A stretch of 64,000 bases of DNA from Neoconidiobolus thromboides FSU 785 (taxonomy: Eukaryota > Fungi > Entomophthoromycota). Numbering within the stretch: the stretch's first letter is position 1; each line of letters starts with the position of its first letter. Shown piece after piece: positions 13,702-24,652 of the stretch. Location of the stretch: the NCBI GenBank assembly GCA_025603075.1, contig MU626309.1, forward strand, positions 1-64,000. The letters are read 5' to 3'. Position numbers and translations under genes: made by a program. The notes under the pieces are model-generated. The model had not been told where the DNA came from. It saw nothing but the letters and a program-made list of their open reading frames with translations, and searched no databases.

Positions 13702-14167
13702 TAATAATAATTATAATAATAAATTAACTAATAATAATATATTCATTTTATTTCTATTTATTTTTTAGATAGATCCAAGGCCAATCAAAACGAATAAACA
13801 TCAACAAAAATATTATAAAATTCATCCAGAAGCCAAACAAATTCAACAAGATTTAACTTATTTTACAAATGAATTATTTCCTAATTATGTTAATCATACA
13901 CTTATAATTGGTATTCATCCTGATCAAGCCACTGATTTGATATTAGATTATGCTTTAAAAAATAATATTCCTTTTTTTATTATACCGTGTTGTGTATTTT
14001 TTAATTTATTTTCAGAAAGAAGATTAGAAGATGAACAAGTTAAAACTTATTTACAGTTATTTGAATATTTAAAAAAGAAAGCAATGTCATATAAAGGATA
14101 TCAATATAAAATTCATTCGATTGATCTAAATTTTCGTGGTAAATCTAAAGTTTTGTATTCATATTAA
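12638..14167 (+). CDS. Uncharacterised OB-fold + CCCH zinc finger + SAM-methyltransferase-like protein (3 exons)
   Basis: TGKIIKIRKLSKKLIFLEV (OB-like); CKYWLNNQKCNKNRECNYQH (C-x7-C-x5-C-x3-H); ILEVAGGRGDLAF, IDPR, IGIHPDQAT, FFIIPCCVF; introns ~13305-13369 and ~13610-13769. Confidence 0.7.
12746..12781 (+). repeat. (AAT)12 coding microsatellite (poly-Asn)
   Basis: direct reading; encodes 12 N. Confidence 0.9.
13621..13740. repeat. Imperfect (AAT)n intronic microsatellite
   Basis: long aataataat run inside intron 2 of the 12638 gene. Confidence 0.9.
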
Positions 14168-14243
14168 TATTAATATTAGGGGGAATAAAATAGAATAATA
14201 ACAAAGTGGAATCATTTAATTTTATATCTATTAATCAATGAAA

Positions 14244-15294
14244 TTAGTTATAAAAATTCAATATAATTATAGAATAATAACTAATATTACTTTTAATGTC
14301 CTCTTTTTTTATAGGCTTTAATTTCCAAAGATTAGAATAAATTTGATTGAATTGAATTAATTGATTGTTTATATCATTGAATTTCAATATTGGCTTATAC
14401 AATAAATAATTTAATAATGGCAATATGAATGTAATTGGTATACAATAATTCAATTGTTTTAAAATTCTATTATTAATTTTAGAATTGCCTAAGAATAATT
14501 AATAAATTAAGTAGATTCTAATATTGTATTAACAATGTAACAAAAGAACTTACTTGTAATCAAACCTAATAATTGTCCATTTTGATTAAATAATCCTCCA
14601 CCAGAACCTCCACAATTAATCTTACAATTTGTTACATACATGATGTTTCTATTATCCATTTTTATAATACTATTAATAACACCATTTTCTATTTTTAGTT
14701 GATCTTTATCATCTATTAATAAATGTTATTATTTATTACTATTATTATTTATTATTTATTATTGTTTTACTTTTAATAATTGGATTAACTTCAGAATAAC
14801 CCATTGAAACTACTTTATCTCCAGTATACACTTTATCGATATTAATAAAACCCAACCAATCAATTAACTTAATATCAATAGTTGAATCAAACTTTAATAT
14901 TATTATATCAATACTTGAAGATGGATTATAATAAATTAACTTCCAATTATTATACCACTAATAAAAGTTAATTAAATATACAATTTATTAGAATATTTAA
15001 TATGATTAAAATCATTTACTTGATTTTGAATTTGAATTTTCACTTGATTTTGAATCACTTCATTAGTTAAAATAGTCTCCTTTTTGACTAATGAATCGAA
15101 TAAATGTTGATTAGTTAAGCAATAAATGTCCTCTAAGAAAACGTATAAAAATATATTAATTTAATAATAAGTTCTATGTTATTTAAATAAAAACATTAAT
15201 TTACTTTCAAATTGAATTAAAACCCCCGTTCCCCAACAATAATAACTGGTTAAATAAATTGGGCATATACATTCAGTGATAGAATTATTAATTA

Positions 15295-15333
<39 letters not shown>

Positions 15334-16400
15334 CCTCATTAATCATAACAATAGGATATAATAAATAACCTAGTTCTAATAAGGAATGATATTCTAATAA
15401 CTTGAATTTACCTAAAATAATTTGACTAATTATCAAAGCATATATTAATTCATTCATTAAAACATTATTAATAACTTTTACTTACCCTAGATTTGGTAAT
15501 AAAAACTAAATATATAAATAAATTAAGTAACAATAATAATATTAACATACAAAGTTAAAATCTTACCCCAATAAACTTATTATTAAAAAATAATGGACCC
15601 CCAATAAATCCAGGTTTTATATAATGTTCCTCTAAAACCACTATTTTCTCATTTCCTTCCATTCTTCTCACTTCATTTATTGATAGAAATTTAGGATAAT
15701 TTAATTGATATTTTTTCTCAAATGGTGTTATCATTGTAACCAATTGATTTTTAATATTAGAGATCTTCTTTTTAAGTTGAATAATTTTCATATTAATATC
15801 TGTTTGAATTAAAGCTACTGATGTGAGGCCATAGTAATCTGTAGAGGGTATTGAAGATGTATAACTTTGATTCCAACCTAAGTGGTACTCTACACCACAT
15901 TGATCTGTTTTATTGCAAAACTCGGTGATTAGTTTTATATCCAACTCTGTAGATCAAAAAGTTTCATTTAATGTTACATTCTATTAAAACGTTTAGAAAT
16001 TACCTTCATTAAATTCAATATCAATTGCCAAAACTTGAAATTTTGCTAATAATAAAAGACATGATTCACTTGAGTTATTTAATTTTTATTACTTTTACTT
16101 ACTATTTTCGTGATCATAAAGAAAGCCATGGAATTGACTATCTTTAGTTAATTGATATTTTCCATTCTTCTGTTAACAATGAATTAATAAATAAAAATAA
16201 TACAAATTTCTCTTATCAATAATTTTAACTTACTTCATATAAAAAGGGTAAGATTGGATAAGCACTAAAAATTGAATTGAAATCTTAATATTATTTTTAT
16301 TTTGAAAGTTTTTATACTTCTTTTTTACCTCGTTATAACCACTCCATCCTCTCTTAAATAACCTGAGAAATTGATATGAACTTCACTAAGTATCAAGATT
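14244..16400 (-). CDS. TYSND1/DEG15-like peroxisomal trypsin-like serine protease (multi-exon; 5' end unresolved)
   Basis: DGVVITSAYPILPFL, degenerate first protease motif KPGFIGGPLF, second motif TNCKINCGGSGGGLFNQNGQLLGLIT, C-terminal NYCIPITFILPLL...NLWKL resembling TYSND1. Confidence 0.7.
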
Positions 16401-16749
16401 CAACTTCAATTACATTATTGTCATTATTATTCTAAATTTACCTTGGTTCTTTTTAAAATTTAATAATTAATTTAAGAATTAAGTTTAAGGATTCTCACTT
16501 TTACAACTTAATGTTAAAAACACAATTGGTAGCTATTAAACTCAATATTAGTTTGATCGATTATAGATTGGAAACTTTGTTTACAATCATTTTTAACTAG
16601 TTTTAATAAGAACAAAATGGATTTATTTTTTTCAATTCTTTCAAGTTATTTTATTATTATAATCTAGTAAGGTTTTACAAAATTCAATGCAAAGCTATTA
16701 CAACTCTTTTGCGATATATTTAGCAATTTATTTCTAAATTATTTTATAT

Positions 16750-16841
16750 AGGGGTGTATTTTTTTAAGAATTTTACTAACAATCTTTCCACTCAAATAGT
16801 GTTTAAAAAACGGAAAAAGTAATAACTAAAAAAACACCTTA
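16750..16841 (-). mobile_element. ~98-bp MITE, copy 4 (degenerate, small deletion)
   Basis: GGGGTGTATTTTTTTAAGAATTTTACTAACAATCTTTCCACTCAAATAGTG...AAAAAAACACC; lies between the divergent TYSND1-like and flippase genes. Confidence 0.8.
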
Positions 16842-17382
16842 GCTGTTTTTTTATTTGTTGATTATCATGGATATTTCTTAATTTTCTGTCGATTAAAAAA
16901 TAAACAAAATAAACAGCTAGAAAAAGATAGTAAAAATGAATTCATAATAAATTAGAATAGTTTAAATGTTTATTATAAAATAAATTTATGACCAAATTCT
17001 GGATTATAGTTTAAAATTTCAAGCTAAATTCCAATTAAGTCTTTATTATAAAATCAATAATTTTCATAAATTATAAAAACAAATGCTTTTTTTTTCAATT
17101 TAAACTGAACTTAATAGAAAGGAGAAATTGAACTCGTCATAAACAAAAAAGGCAAAAAAGTTCTAATAAAATTCATTAATCCAATTAATTTCTCCGTTTA
17201 AAAAAGGAAAAGTTGGCATTTTTTAATGAATAAATTTAAAAAGTATGAATAACAATGGAAAAATTCATTAATTGAAATTATAAAAAAATTCAATTAACTT
17301 TTTATTTTTTATTATTATCTTAATTATTTAACTTTATAAAACTAATAAGTGATTCAATATAAATAATTAAATACAATTCAAT

Positions 17383-20300
17383 ATGTTTGGCTTTCTAAAA
17401 AAACCAAGTCCCTCATTAACCGTTCGAAAGATTTATCTAAATCATCAACTTTCCTCTTCAGAGCAAGCTTCTCTTCCATTTTACCCAACTAATTCCATTA
17501 GTACCACTAAATATAAGCCATATAATTTCATAATCAAAAATTTATATGAACAATTTCAACGTGCAGCTAATGTTTATTTTTTATTTCTCATTATACTTCA
17601 ATTAATACCGAGTATTGGAAATGGATTAAAGAGTGCATTTATGGGTAGTTTTGCATTTACTACTATTTTAATAATGACCATGGTGAAAGATGGTTATGAA
17701 GATTATAATCGATATCTTTCAGATAAAGAAGAAAATAATAGAAAGACAAATAGAATTATTGGCTGGAGAAATGTTAATGTTAATGTTAATGATACTGTGA
17801 ATAAAGGAAAAAAGAAAAATATTGGTTTTAATTTATTTCAAAAGAAAAATAAAGAAACTGAAGTACCATTAATGGAATATGAATATAGTGAGGATGAGGA
17901 CAGTGTTCAACAAGAAAAAAGTAATCATATTAACAATGAAAGTAATTGGGATAGTGTATTATGGTCCCAAGTTCAAGTAGGTGATTTATTAATGGTTAAA
18001 AATGAAGATAGTATACCAGCTGATTTATTAATTTTAACTACTTCTGAAAAAGATGGCACTTGTTTTATTGAAACTAAAAATTTAGATGGAGAAACAAATT
18101 TAAAAGTAAGACATAGTTTAAAATCCACTATAAATTGGAATTTAATTACTCAATTAAAAAATCAAATATTAAAATTAAATATTGAATTACCTAATGTTAA
18201 TTTATACTCCTTTAATGGTAATTTAGATGTTTTGAATAAAAATGAAGAGATTATAAAGTCGGAATCTATTAATAGTACTAATTTGTTATTACGTGGTTGT
18301 AAATTAAAAAATGTCAATTATATTATTGGTTTAGTATTGTATACTGGTCATGATAGTAAAATTGTATTGAATAGTGGTAGTACACCTAGTAAAAAATCAT
18401 ATATTGAAAAAATGATGAATAAACAAGTAATCATCAATTTTGTTATATTAATATTATTATCTTTAAGTGTAAGTATTATTGGAGGAATTTATGTCAATCC
18501 AACAGACACATCACCTAATTTATTTATATATCAATTTTCCGATTCTGTTACCAAAAGTGCGAGTATCACTGGGATCTTAGGCTTTTTTACAAGTTTGATA
18601 TTATTTCAAAATATAGTACCAATTTCATTATACTTGACAGTAGAAGTAGTAAAATCTATTCAAGCTTATTTTATACGTAGTGATATTGAAATGTATGATC
18701 CAAAATTAGATAAATTATGTGAACCAAGAGCTTGGAATTTATCGGATGATTTGGGTCAAATTGAATATATATTTTCGGATAAAACAGGTACCTTAACTCA
18801 AAATATCATGCAATTTAAACAATGTACTATTAATGGAATACAATATGGACAATCTTTACTATCTTCAACTACGAAAGAAAATAATCAATTTACTAATAAT
18901 GAAAATGACTTAACACTTAATAACAATAGTGCTTCTGAGCAACCATTATTAAACAATAGTAATGGAGAAACTGGTGAAGAAGATAAATCGAGTTATGGCT
19001 CAGATCAATTTCAATTAGATTTAGATTTAGTTAGAATAATGGGTGAAGAAAGAGATCGATTTTGTAAAGATAAATATCGATCCGGTCCAATTACTTTTAT
19101 TGATCCTCAATTTTATAATGATTTAAGAAATAATTCATCACAGCATGAAAAGATTCATTTATTTTTTAAAATATTAGCTTTATGTCATACTGTTTTAGTG
19201 GAATTAGATAGTACTTCAAGTAATATTACTTATAAAGCAGAATCTCCAGATGATGCTGCCTTAGTTTCTGGAGCTACTAATTGTGGATTTACCTTTTTAT
19301 CCCGTTTTCAAGATAAAGTGGAAGTAGCCTTATTAGGACAAATAGAAACATATCAATTGTTACATGTATTAGAATTTAATTCAACAAGAAAAAGAATGAG
19401 TATATTATTAAAAGATCAAAATAATCAAATCTTTTTATATTGTAAAGGGGCTGATTCCATTATTTTAGAACGATTGAAACAAGGGCAACAAGATACTATT
19501 CAACCCACATTAAATCATTTAAAAGCATTTGCACAATTGGGATTGAGAACATTATGTATTGCTTATCGTCCTATAAGTAATGAAGAATTTGAACAATGGG
19601 ATAAAAGATATAATGAAGCTAATTTAGCTATGGAAGAACGTGAAGAAAAAATCATGTCTCTACAAGAAGAAATGGAAAAGGAATTAATACTAGTAGGAGG
19701 TACTGCTATCGAAGATAAATTACAAGAAAATGTACCTGAATCCATTCAACTATTAAGAGAAGCAGGAATCAAATTGTGGGTCTTAACTGGGGATAAAACA
19801 GAAACAGCAATTAATATTGGATTTTCTTGTAATTTATTAACACAGGAAATGCAATTGGTTTCTGTTACTGGAGATTCAGAAAATAGCGTTAAAGAGCAAT
19901 TAGAATTAGCAATCGATCAATTTACTTTTTTAAATCACCCAGATTTAGCATTAATTATTGATGGTACTTCATTAAAATTTGGACTATCTAATGAAGTCAA
20001 AGGATTATTATTAACCTTTGCAAAGCAATGTAAAGTAGTAATTTGTTGTCGGGTATCACCATTACAAAAAGCACAAGTAGTAACTTTAGTAAAAGAAGGA
20101 TTAAATGCTATGTGTTTAGCCATTGGAGATGGAGCTAATGATGTATCAATGATTCAAGCAGCTCATATAGGTGTAGGCATTTCTGGATTAGAAGGATGTC
20201 AAGCAGTTATGGCTTCAGATTATGCTATTGGTCAATTTCAATATTTAACTCGATTATTATTAGTTCATGGCCGATGGTCTTATATAAGAATTTCACATAT

Positions 20301-21294
20301 GATCCTATGTTTTTTTTACAAGAATTTAGTAATGACATTAACTAATTTCTTTTTTCAGTGGTTTAATGGACCTTCACAAACCTTTTTATTTGATTATACA
20401 TTAGTTTTATTTTATAATTTAGTATTTACTGCCTTTCCTATAATGATATTAGGTGCTTTTGATCAAGATGTTAATGCTGAAGTAGCTATGGTAACCCCTC
20501 AATTATATTTTAGGGGTATCAAACATATGGAATATTCACATAAAAGATTTTTTATGGTATTATTAGATGCTACTTTTCAATCGATTATTTGTTTCTTTGT
20601 ACCTTATGCTATGTTTGCTTTTTCTACTTTTGATCCTTCTGGTTTAAGTAATAATTCATTAGATGGTTTTGGTACTACTGTTTCTGCTTGTGTAGTTGTT
20701 ACTGTCAATATTTATGTGGGTTTATGGACATTTAATTGGTCTTTCTTAATGTATTTAGTTATCATTGGTAGTATTGTTATCTACTTTGTTATAGTGTTAG
20801 TATTATCTCATATTATCAAAGGAATGCATTCAGTAGATTCTATGTTATTTGCAAGTATTGAATTTTGGTTAGTATTAATCTTATGTTTATTTTGTTGTTT
20901 ATTACCTCGATATTTAGCAAGATATTTGAGAAGTATATTTTCACCTAAAGATATTGAGGTTATTCGAGAACAAGTTTATTTATTTTACAATTATTTAAAA
21001 AGAAAAAAGAAACAATTACGTAAAAAGAAGAGACAAATGGAACAACTCAACCAATCTAAATCTCAAGCTACAGCTAATGGAAATTCAATATCAATTGGTA
21101 GATTATTTTCTTTAAAAAATAATCAATATACTAGTTATACTGGTTATGCTTTTTCTATGGATGATGAATCTGTATTATCTCAAAGATTAAAAGATACGAT
21201 GTTAAAAAGACATCTCAAAACTGATCAAGATTTAAATGATATATTACAATCTACTAAAAAAGAAGAGGACGATACTTTTGATTCAAATATTTAA
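17383..21294 (+). CDS. P4-type phospholipid flippase ATPase (DNF1/DNF2-like), single exon, 1303 aa
   Basis: ETKNLDGETNLK, DKTGTLTQN, YKAESPDD, KLWVLTGDK, CCRVSPLQKA, IGDGANDVSMIQ, LLVHGRWSY. Confidence 0.95.
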   Translation: MFGFLKKPSPSLTVRKIYLNHQLSSSEQASLPFYPTNSISTTKYKPYNFIIKNLYEQFQRAANVYFLFLIILQLIPSIGNGLKSAFMGSFAFTTILIMTMVKDGYEDYNRYLSDKEENNRKTNRIIGWRNVNVNVNDTVNKGKKKNIGFNLFQKKNKETEVPLMEYEYSEDEDSVQQEKSNHINNESNWDSVLWSQVQVGDLLMVKNEDSIPADLLILTTSEKDGTCFIETKNLDGETNLKVRHSLKSTINWNLITQLKNQILKLNIELPNVNLYSFNGNLDVLNKNEEIIKSESINSTNLLLRGCKLKNVNYIIGLVLYTGHDSKIVLNSGSTPSKKSYIEKMMNKQVIINFVILILLSLSVSIIGGIYVNPTDTSPNLFIYQFSDSVTKSASITGILGFFTSLILFQNIVPISLYLTVEVVKSIQAYFIRSDIEMYDPKLDKLCEPRAWNLSDDLGQIEYIFSDKTGTLTQNIMQFKQCTINGIQYGQSLLSSTTKENNQFTNNENDLTLNNNSASEQPLLNNSNGETGEEDKSSYGSDQFQLDLDLVRIMGEERDRFCKDKYRSGPITFIDPQFYNDLRNNSSQHEKIHLFFKILALCHTVLVELDSTSSNITYKAESPDDAALVSGATNCGFTFLSRFQDKVEVALLGQIETYQLLHVLEFNSTRKRMSILLKDQNNQIFLYCKGADSIILERLKQGQQDTIQPTLNHLKAFAQLGLRTLCIAYRPISNEEFEQWDKRYNEANLAMEEREEKIMSLQEEMEKELILVGGTAIEDKLQENVPESIQLLREAGIKLWVLTGDKTETAINIGFSCNLLTQEMQLVSVTGDSENSVKEQLELAIDQFTFLNHPDLALIIDGTSLKFGLSNEVKGLLLTFAKQCKVVICCRVSPLQKAQVVTLVKEGLNAMCLAIGDGANDVSMIQAAHIGVGISGLEGCQAVMASDYAIGQFQYLTRLLLVHGRWSYIRISHMILCFFYKNLVMTLTNFFFQWFNGPSQTFLFDYTLVLFYNLVFTAFPIMILGAFDQDVNAEVAMVTPQLYFRGIKHMEYSHKRFFMVLLDATFQSIICFFVPYAMFAFSTFDPSGLSNNSLDGFGTTVSACVVVTVNIYVGLWTFNWSFLMYLVIIGSIVIYFVIVLVLSHIIKGMHSVDSMLFASIEFWLVLILCLFCCLLPRYLARYLRSIFSPKDIEVIREQVYLFYNYLKRKKKQLRKKKRQMEQLNQSKSQATANGNSISIGRLFSLKNNQYTSYTGYAFSMDDESVLSQRLKDTMLKRHLKTDQDLNDILQSTKKEEDDTFDSNI

Positions 21295-21417
21295 TTATTA
21301 TCCTCAACTATTTTAGATAAATAAAATAAATAATTATAATATTTTAAAATAAAAATTAAACAAACAATTATTTATATTCTATTCTATAGTTTAATACATT
21401 CTTTTATTTTATTATTA

Positions 21418-24406
21418 TTATTCAATATTAAATTCACCTGGCATTTTAAAATTCATTTTAGAATTTTCTTCATTTTGATTAACTTGTTCATTTAACATAC
21501 TTTCATCAATAAGTTGATAGGTTGGTACAAAATTCCAAAAGGTATTTTTAATATCTTCCTTATCCTTAGCAATTGTATATCTTTTCTTAATCTCCTCATT
21601 TTCAGTAGGAATCTAAATTTAGTATTAAAAAAATACAAACTTATAAAAATAAACAATCACTTACTAAAAACAACTTTTCAATTAAATTTAAACAATTATT
21701 AAATTTTAATATTAAGTTAGAATATTGTTGACTTAACTCACCTTGATTTTGAATTAGTTCATTAATCATATCAATTAACTTTAAATGAAATTCATAACCA
21801 AACAGTTGGATTTTACCACTATTACTTTGATTTAATTGGATATTATACCATTCAAGTCGTACAATTATAAAATTTATTGTATAATTTAATTCTTTCATCT
21901 AGTTAAAATAAATATTATTAATATTATTAATATTATTATTATTATTATTAAATCCACCTTATTTTGTAGAGAAAACAATTGCATATAATTAAAACCTAAC
22001 TTATTAAATTGTACCATTTGATTTTTTAAAAATCTTAAATATAGTTGATATTCTTCGTTATCTTTAATAATTGTTGCTTCTTTGGGCAATTGAAATATAC
22101 TTTGTTCTTGTCGAATTTGTAATTGATGTTCATTTTTAATTATCAATTCCACTAAATTGAAATTTATTAACATAAACTATAATTACTAACTTTGAAATAT
22201 TAACTTACCATTTTTGATAATTTGTAATAATTTGTTATCATTGTAAAAATTTAACATTTTTTCAAAATAATTACAATAATTATATACTCTATTAGCATCT
22301 ATTAAAATATATTATTATTATTATAGGATTGCTTTGTTATAAAGTTTACTTGGTTGAATTTTCATTTTATCTAATTCATTAATACCACGTTGAACAAAAA
22401 TCAAAAATAATTGAATATATAAATTAAAATTATCAATTATGAATGTTTCCCTATAATTATTAATATATAAATATATTAAACTTCATAAATAAAATTAAAC
22501 TTACCACTTCTCTACATTAGGACTATTTAAATTACTATGCCATGGAAATAAATATTCCAATATAATATCTACTAACTAATAAAAGTAATTATAAATGAAA
22601 TTAAAAATTATATTCTAATTACCAAATAAAATGAATCATCTAACTCCCAATTAGATAAACCATCGATATATAGTTGAAAATTAATTGGTTGTAAATCCGA
22701 ATACAGTTTTCTAATGTAATTAATAATTAATAATTAATAATTTATTTAAATTGTATTATCATATTGTTATTTAAATAAGAATAATGTTATTACCTCCAAT
22801 ATTCATTATAAAATAATTGAATATCATTCCAATCAATTGATACGTCAATAAATACATTAGATATACTTAAATTTAATTGATTTTGTACCATTTGAATTAC
22901 TTTAATTAATAAAATGGAAGGATTTGATTTTTCTATTTCACCCTAAAATAAAATAAAAATTGTTAAATTATTTGTTTCTATTATAATAAATAACTTACGC
23001 TAAAATCCCTATTTTCCATAGTGATTTCACTCAAATCAATCAAATATAATTGTTTATAAAGATTAATAAATAAAATAGATATTGGTGACTTTAACTTATT
23101 ATTGTTTTGATTTATGTTACTATTGTTATTTATCATCTCTTTTAATAATTGAATATTAAAATATTTATTTAAATAATATTGATCATTTAATTTATCTATA
23201 TCATTAACTATAATTTCCACTAAATAACTTTTGAATATTCGAAAATATAAAGCTCCATTCGTTGTATTTACATTATTATCTCTAGTCTATTGAAATAATA
23301 TTAGTATTATTATATTATTATAAATCATTATTATTATTACTCTATTAAATTGACAATAACACCAAGTTATTAATTTATAAATTAAATATTCATAGCCATC
23401 TTTAAAATTAATGTTAATCAATATTAAAGGAATCACATAATACAATTAAAACTTACTAAATATCACTGACTTTAACTTAGAATTATAGTAAGGCATTAAA
23501 AATGAAATCACGTTTGGAATATCTGTTATTGTATTTTTGGGGTAAAGCGAAGACTAAAATAATGATAATAAAATAAATAACAATTAAATTTATAAAAATA
23601 AAATAAAATAATTATAAACTTACTAGTAATTCATTTTCTAAAATATCAAATTGAAAATTTCCGTTTAATTGAATTTTATCTAACCACTGATATAATATTC
23701 CATTTTTTACCATTAATTTTTCCATTTGTATTTGAATTTCGTTTATTCGATTGATTTCATTATCATTTAATAAATTCATTAAAAAACTATTATAATATCC
23801 GAGCCAACCACTAAATACAAATTAATAATTAACTTAAACTACTTCGATAGCTAACAAGAATTTAACTTACCAAAACATATCATTACCAAATAAGTCCTCT
23901 ATAATTAATTGTAAAAATAAAGTAATCGTCTGAATACTATTGAATTCTGTTTTATCATTAAATTGTATTAATTTAGTCTCTAATAATTCATTTAATTTTA
24001 TTATTGTTTCGATATATTCTTGTTCAAAATTAACACTTGTGTTACTAGTTAATTTTTGATGTTGACAACATATTTTATTGTTTTTGCAACTTGGATTCAT
24101 ACATACTCCAACTTTTAATTTCAATGATAAAAAATTAACAATAATTTGGTATGTTAAGCTATCAAACAATTTAATATCTAATTGATGGAATTTATTATTG
24201 ATGTAATTTTCTAAATGAATTTCAAATAATTTCTCTTGATTCATCTCTTTGACTTCTATCTTATTTTCTTTGTTTTCTACTTTATAATTAGATTGGTAAA
24301 AATCTTGAAGTTGATATTCTATATCTTTCTGTTTTATAGATTCATAAATTGCTTTAACTTCATTGAAATCATCTCCTTTTTTTTTGGTTTGATATTGTAA
24401 GTCCAT
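21418..24406 (-). CDS. Hypothetical multi-exon protein (no family recognised)
   Basis: A chain of open exons bounded by GT-AG introns runs from ATG 24406 (MDLQYQ) to stop 21418-21420 (..PGEFNIE*); includes a CMNPSCKNNKICCQH Cys/His motif. Confidence 0.6.
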
Positions 24407-24652
24407 GATTAATAGTTATAACACAAAGATGAATTGGATCAAAATAAATATCATCAATTTTTATTTGTGATTGAAAAATCAATCCCTTTAAATTCAATAA
24501 TTGGTTGAATTTAAAAAAAGCATGAAAAGAAAGAAAAAAGAGAAAAAAGCATTATTCATTACTAAAGTCAAATAAATAAAAGTAATCAAATAGACATAAA
24601 AAAACATTAATGGAAACTCTATATGATTTTATTTAAAACTCATTCAGCTCTA

